Assembly: GCA_945897865.1 (NCBI GenBank)
Contig: CAMDHJ010000002.1
Span: forward strand, 1,900-65,899
DNA from: Tepidiphilus sp. J10
GTDB lineage: Bacteria; Pseudomonadota; Gammaproteobacteria; Burkholderiales; Thiobacillaceae
Reading direction: 5' to 3'
Length of the DNA stretch: 64,000 bases
Position 1 is the stretch's first letter. Each line of letters opens with the position of its first letter. The position numbers and the translations under genes are program-made. This document shows positions 60,951 to 64,000 of the stretch, in pieces. Under the pieces are notes generated by a model. The model was not told the origin of the DNA, did not search any database, and worked only from the letters and a program-made list of their open reading frames with translations.

Positions 60951-61793
60951 TCACACCGCCTTCGCCACCAGAACCGGGCATTTCGCCTGCACTACCACCT
61001 GCTGTGAAACGCTGCCCATCAAAATGCGGTCCAGCCCGGTGCGGCCGTGGCTGCCCAGCACAATCAGGTCGCAGTCGTTTTCCACAGCGGCTTCGACAAT
61101 GGCTTTTGCCGGGTTGCCTTCCTTGACCACGCTGTCGGCGGCGACACCGTCTTGGCGCAGCAGGTCACGTACTCGGTCGGCCATCGCTTGCACCAGTTCA
61201 CATTTGAGGTCGTCGTTGGCGCAGACCGACAGCACGGTGACTGGCAGGCCGCAGCGTTTGGCGAGGATGCCGGCGGAGACGGCGGCAGCATCGGCGAAAC
61301 GGGAGCCATCGACGGCGAGCAGGATGCCCTTGTCCCACATGCCTGATTCCTTTGGCACGACCAGCACGCTGCAATGCACATGGCCGATGACGCGGGCGGC
61401 GGCTTCACCGAGCATCAAACGTTCCAGCCAATGCACGCCACGCCGGCCCATGACCACCAGATCGGCTTGGCTTTCTTCGGCCTGCTTGGCGATTTCACGC
61501 ACCGGCTCATCACCGTAGCGCAACACGGGTGCGCAGTTGACACAGGCGGTGCCAGCCTGCGCTTCCACTTCCTGTAATACCGTATGGCCCTGCGCCTCGG
61601 CCTGTTGCACGCCGCCGGGGTTGTACATAGCGTAGTCGGGCAGGGTTTTCGCCATATGCATGACGGTGAGATGCGATCCGCATCGGCTCGCCATATGCAG
61701 CGCCGCTTTCACCGCGCCGGCGCTGACATCGCTGCCATCGGTGGCGAGCAACAGGTTATCGAAACGCGCCAGGGGGGAAAGCTGGGCTGTCAT
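60951..61793 (-). CDS. tandem universal stress protein (2 x UspA domain)
   Basis: The two halves each end in a G-x2-G-x9-G(S/T)-type ATP motif (VMGRRGVHWLERLMLGEAA and VLGSHGRTGLDRILMGSVS). The start is taken at MTAQLSPL. Confidence 0.85.
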   Translation of the reverse strand: MTAQLSPLARFDNLLLATDGSDVSAGAVKAALHMASRCGSHLTVMHMAKTLPDYAMYNPGGVQQAEAQGHTVLQEVEAQAGTACVNCAPVLRYGDEPVREIAKQAEESQADLVVMGRRGVHWLERLMLGEAAARVIGHVHCSVLVVPKESGMWDKGILLAVDGSRFADAAAVSAGILAKRCGLPVTVLSVCANDDLKCELVQAMADRVRDLLRQDGVAADSVVKEGNPAKAIVEAAVENDCDLIVLGSHGRTGLDRILMGSVSQQVVVQAKCPVLVAKAV

Positions 61794-61885
61794 GAAAAAC
61801 TCCTCTCGGTAATGATCCTGAATCAAACTGAACCTGAATCAATCTACATCAGCATAGTGAATGTTTCGGCAAACCGCCGTGCATA

Positions 61886-62899
61886 TCAGCGCTGAGGTGG
61901 CGTCATTGCAAACTTGCTTGCCGTTGCCTTTGCAGCGGCGTTGAGCCCCGCTTCGATCAGGCGAAGTCCAATCGAGATGTTGTCACCCAGCGGTTGCGCG
62001 CCGACCTGCTCCAGCTCGCGTTGCGCCAGCACGGCAAAGCGGCCACCGACGAACACCGGCATGCCGGCGGCTTCGACCAGACCTGCGATTTCCTGCAGGT
62101 TCGCCTGCATCTGGCTGACTTCGTTGAAACCGCGCCCGGCCAGGACGATGCCGGCAGCATGCGTTTGCCGGCAGACCGGCAGCAATTGCGCGAGCGGCAT
62201 GTCGGCGCCCAGGTAGATCACCCGGTAACCCTGTTGCAGCATGCCCAGCGCCGCCAGCAACAAACTGATTTCATGATGCTCTCCCGGCAGGCAGGCGAGA
62301 ATCAACTGGCGACCCTGCGCCATGCCGGCTGCATGATGCAGCCGCGCGCCCAGCTTGTTGCGCAGCCAGGCGCTGAAGAAATGTTCTTCTGCAATGCCGG
62401 AGGGACGCTTGTCCCAGCGCAGGCCGAGTTGCTCCAACACCGGGATCATCAGGCGCTCGGTGACGATATCGATCGGATATACCGCGCAAGCCTCGTTGTA
62501 GAGGTTGTCCAGCCGCTCGGTGCTGAAGCTTTCCAGCGCACTCAGCGTCTCCGCCAGATAACCCTGCCAGGCTGGACTCAACGTAGTCGCCAGGCTGCTT
62601 TCAATCCCCAAAGACGCTGGCTCGGCAGCGTACGTGGTTACATATTCAGCAGCGTCTTCAAGCAGAGGAGCGATTTCATTCAGACTTAAACCTTGTACAA
62701 GTAATTCTTGTACACGCCTTACCCGTTGCACATCATTCTGGCAATACAAACGGTGCCCGGACTCGGTTCTCACCGGGTTCAGCAATCCATGCCGATTTTC
62801 CCAGGCTCGCAGCGTACTGGCGTTGACACCAGTACGATGGACCAACTCTCGAATCGGAAAGAAGGCGGAATTAGAAGCAGTGAAGGATTCGGTCAGCAT
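61886..62899 (-). CDS. MerR-family regulator with C-terminal cobalamin-binding domain (CarH/LitR type)
   Basis: MerR HTH FFPIRELVHRTGVNASTLRAWENRHGL. The Wx9EH motif is present exactly (WDKRPSGIAEEH). The B12 loop is LPGEHHEISLL, followed by IYLGAD and VFVGG Rossmann elements. The start is either 62899 (MLTESF) or 62938. Confidence 0.8.
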   Translation of the reverse strand: MLTESFTASNSAFFPIRELVHRTGVNASTLRAWENRHGLLNPVRTESGHRLYCQNDVQRVRRVQELLVQGLSLNEIAPLLEDAAEYVTTYAAEPASLGIESSLATTLSPAWQGYLAETLSALESFSTERLDNLYNEACAVYPIDIVTERLMIPVLEQLGLRWDKRPSGIAEEHFFSAWLRNKLGARLHHAAGMAQGRQLILACLPGEHHEISLLLAALGMLQQGYRVIYLGADMPLAQLLPVCRQTHAAGIVLAGRGFNEVSQMQANLQEIAGLVEAAGMPVFVGGRFAVLAQRELEQVGAQPLGDNISIGLRLIEAGLNAAAKATASKFAMTPPQR

Positions 62900-62903
62900 G
62901 AAT

Positions 62904-62978
62904 GAATTGTACAACACCTGCACAACACACTTGTACATGTATAAGTTTTGTGTATAATTTTCTCCACAACTTGTACAA
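62904..62978. promoter_or_regulatory. divergent promoter region with three TTGTACA(A/T) boxes and nAnnTnnACAn-type 11-mers
   Basis: ttgtacaa lies at 62907-62914, ttgtacat at 62931-62938 and ttgtacaa at 62971-62978. The 11-mers gaattgtacaa (62904-14), cacctgcacaa (62915-25) and cacttgtacat (62928-38) all fit nAnnTnnACAn. TATAAT lies at 62953-62958, 16 nt after TTGTAC. A mirror-image -35/-10 can be read on the other strand. Confidence 0.45.
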
Positions 62979-63000
62979 ACTTTCCTTCAAGAGGCCCTTC

Positions 63001-63777
63001 ATGTCTGCGCTTAAAAATATGGTTCTTTCTACTGCCATGCTGGCTTCATTCTCGACGCCGTCACATGCCTTTCTGACTGAACTGGTGGTGGGCATGACCA
63101 GCGTCACCAACAACCTGATCGATAGCACCGAAAGCGTCACCAACAACACCGTCAATACCGCCTCGACGTCGATGCTGACGCTGTCCAGCAATCCGGGCAA
63201 GATGGCCGACCGGATTGGCCTGATGGCCGACCGCATCGGCTTCATGGCCGACCGCATCGTCACCACCGAAGGCATCATGGCCGGGCTGGCGCACAAGATT
63301 ATCGACCGGACGACGGAACCACGGGTTGTACCGCAATATGCGTCTTACGCCCCGGCTGCGCCGGCTCCAATGCCAACGTATTACCAGGCAAACGGCTACA
63401 GCAACCCAAGTCACACCTCTTACGGCAATCCGTACAGCAACGCCTATCAGCAACCGCACCCGGCTCAGGTTCAGAAAATCAGCACCAACCCCTACATCGC
63501 AGCGCAAGCCGCTCCGCAAGCCCACGCCTACGCACAGGGGTATGGCAATCAATTCAGCAACAACCCTGGCTACCTCCAGATGCAGCCGGACAACAGCCGC
63601 TATTCCGCCTCGAACATGATCTATGGCATCACCGGCGCCACCTACACCGCCGCGCATCCTACCGCAGTGGCTCAGAAGCAAGCCGCCTCCCAGTCGGGCT
63701 TCGGTTTTGCCAATATGGCGGCAGTCAACACCAGTGGGCAAATGTGTACTTCGTATGGTGTGAAACGCAGCTGCTGA
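63001..63777 (+). CDS. secreted low-complexity protein: 3 x MADRIG heptads, Q/N/Y/P/A-rich region, C-terminal Cys pair
   Basis: RBS agagg, signal peptide MVLSTAMLASFSTPSHA, KMADRIGLMADRIGFMADRIV, then about 150 aa rich in Q, N, Y, P and A, ending CTSYGVKRSC. The start is taken at 63001 (the track start at 62902 lies in the promoter). Confidence 0.6.
   Translation: MSALKNMVLSTAMLASFSTPSHAFLTELVVGMTSVTNNLIDSTESVTNNTVNTASTSMLTLSSNPGKMADRIGLMADRIGFMADRIVTTEGIMAGLAHKIIDRTTEPRVVPQYASYAPAAPAPMPTYYQANGYSNPSHTSYGNPYSNAYQQPHPAQVQKISTNPYIAAQAAPQAHAYAQGYGNQFSNNPGYLQMQPDNSRYSASNMIYGITGATYTAAHPTAVAQKQAASQSGFGFANMAAVNTSGQMCTSYGVKRSC
63202..63264 (+). repeat. 3 x 21-bp tandem repeat (atggccgaccgSatYggcYtS) encoding the MADRIG heptads
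   Basis: Read directly. The units start at 63202, 63223 and 63244. Confidence 0.85.
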
Positions 63778-63808
63778 ATCAGCTGCAACCCAGCCAAAAA
63801 AGCGGGGA

Positions 63809-64000
63809 CTATGCTGCCAGGCGATGCAACCAGATCTCCGCAAGCCAGGACAAATCGCCCGCATCGGCTCTGCGTAGCGCAGCAAAGTAGGCGGATCGCT
63901 GCACTTCATCGTGTTCAGCTGCTGCCGGGTCCGCTGGTGGCAGACCCAGTTTGTAGGTCAGTACCACTAGCAAGATACGGCCTACGCGTCCGTTGAAATC
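63809..64000 (-). CDS. Fic/DOC-family protein, C-terminal part (gene runs off the window end)
   Basis: Reverse-complement translation from the window edge reads DFNGRVGRILLVVLTYKLGLPP...LSWLAEIWLHRLAA followed by TAG at 63811-63809. FNGRVGR fits the second half of the Fic motif HxFx(D/E)GNGRxxR. It is absent from the ORF track because no start lies in the window. Confidence 0.5.
   Translation of the reverse strand, partial: DFNGRVGRILLVVLTYKLGLPPADPAAAEHDEVQRSAYFAALRRADAGDLSWLAEIWLHRLAA

Noticed and set aside
30827-63264. The short tandem repeats (12-, 15- and 21-bp units at 30827, 44665, 57066 and 63202), considered as possible CRISPR-like or minisatellite arrays.
   Set aside because: All have 4 or fewer units, have no spacers, are in frame within coding regions and lie at unrelated loci. 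They are ordinary slippage-type coding repeats, not CRISPR.
63061-63909. 282-aa minus-strand ORF overlapping the secreted repeat-protein gene.
   Set aside because: It has no signal peptide, RBS or motif. It is Arg/Gly/Val-rich, as expected for the mirror of a Q/N/Y/P/A-rich coding strand. The plus-strand gene has an RBS, a signal peptide and promoter elements. The call remains open to comparative testing.

Overview
This 64-kb window looks like chromosomal DNA from a Betaproteobacterium, judged from about 58-60% GC, the gene order rpoN-hpf-ptsN-hprK-rapZ, and GGAATC/GTCATTCC-type REP hairpins. Most of it is conserved core. There is a complete dcw division/cell-wall cluster (mraZ-rsmH-ftsL-ftsI-murE-murF-mraY-murD-ftsW-murG-murC-murB-ddl-ftsQ-ftsA-ftsZ, then lpxC) preceded by RNase P RNA. 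There is also the kdsD-kdsC-lptC-lptA-lptB-rpoN-hpf-ptsN-hprK-rapZ block, plus aroB, dgt, mntP, ubiX, hemF and a CPA2 antiporter. Less ordinary segments sit between these. A hipBA toxin-antitoxin pair is wedged between aroB and dgt. A MITE-like element with a 10-bp target duplication lies in the mntP leader. A solute-binding protein is paired with a hybrid histidine kinase. An AcrB-type RND pump with no partner genes lies divergent from an operon of two secreted SRPBCC/START-fold proteins, a lipoprotein, an EEP phosphodiesterase and ClsB. A small islet encodes an orphan pilin-like protein, YceI and a chalcone-isomerase-like protein. A 1148-aa atypical PBP is followed by a 169-bp long palindrome. 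A CarH/LitR-type B12-binding MerR regulator is divergent from a secreted Q/N/Y-rich repeat protein. No CRISPR array, rRNA, tRNA, transposase or integrase was found. All calls come from reading motifs in the supplied translations and sequence, because no database search was possible.
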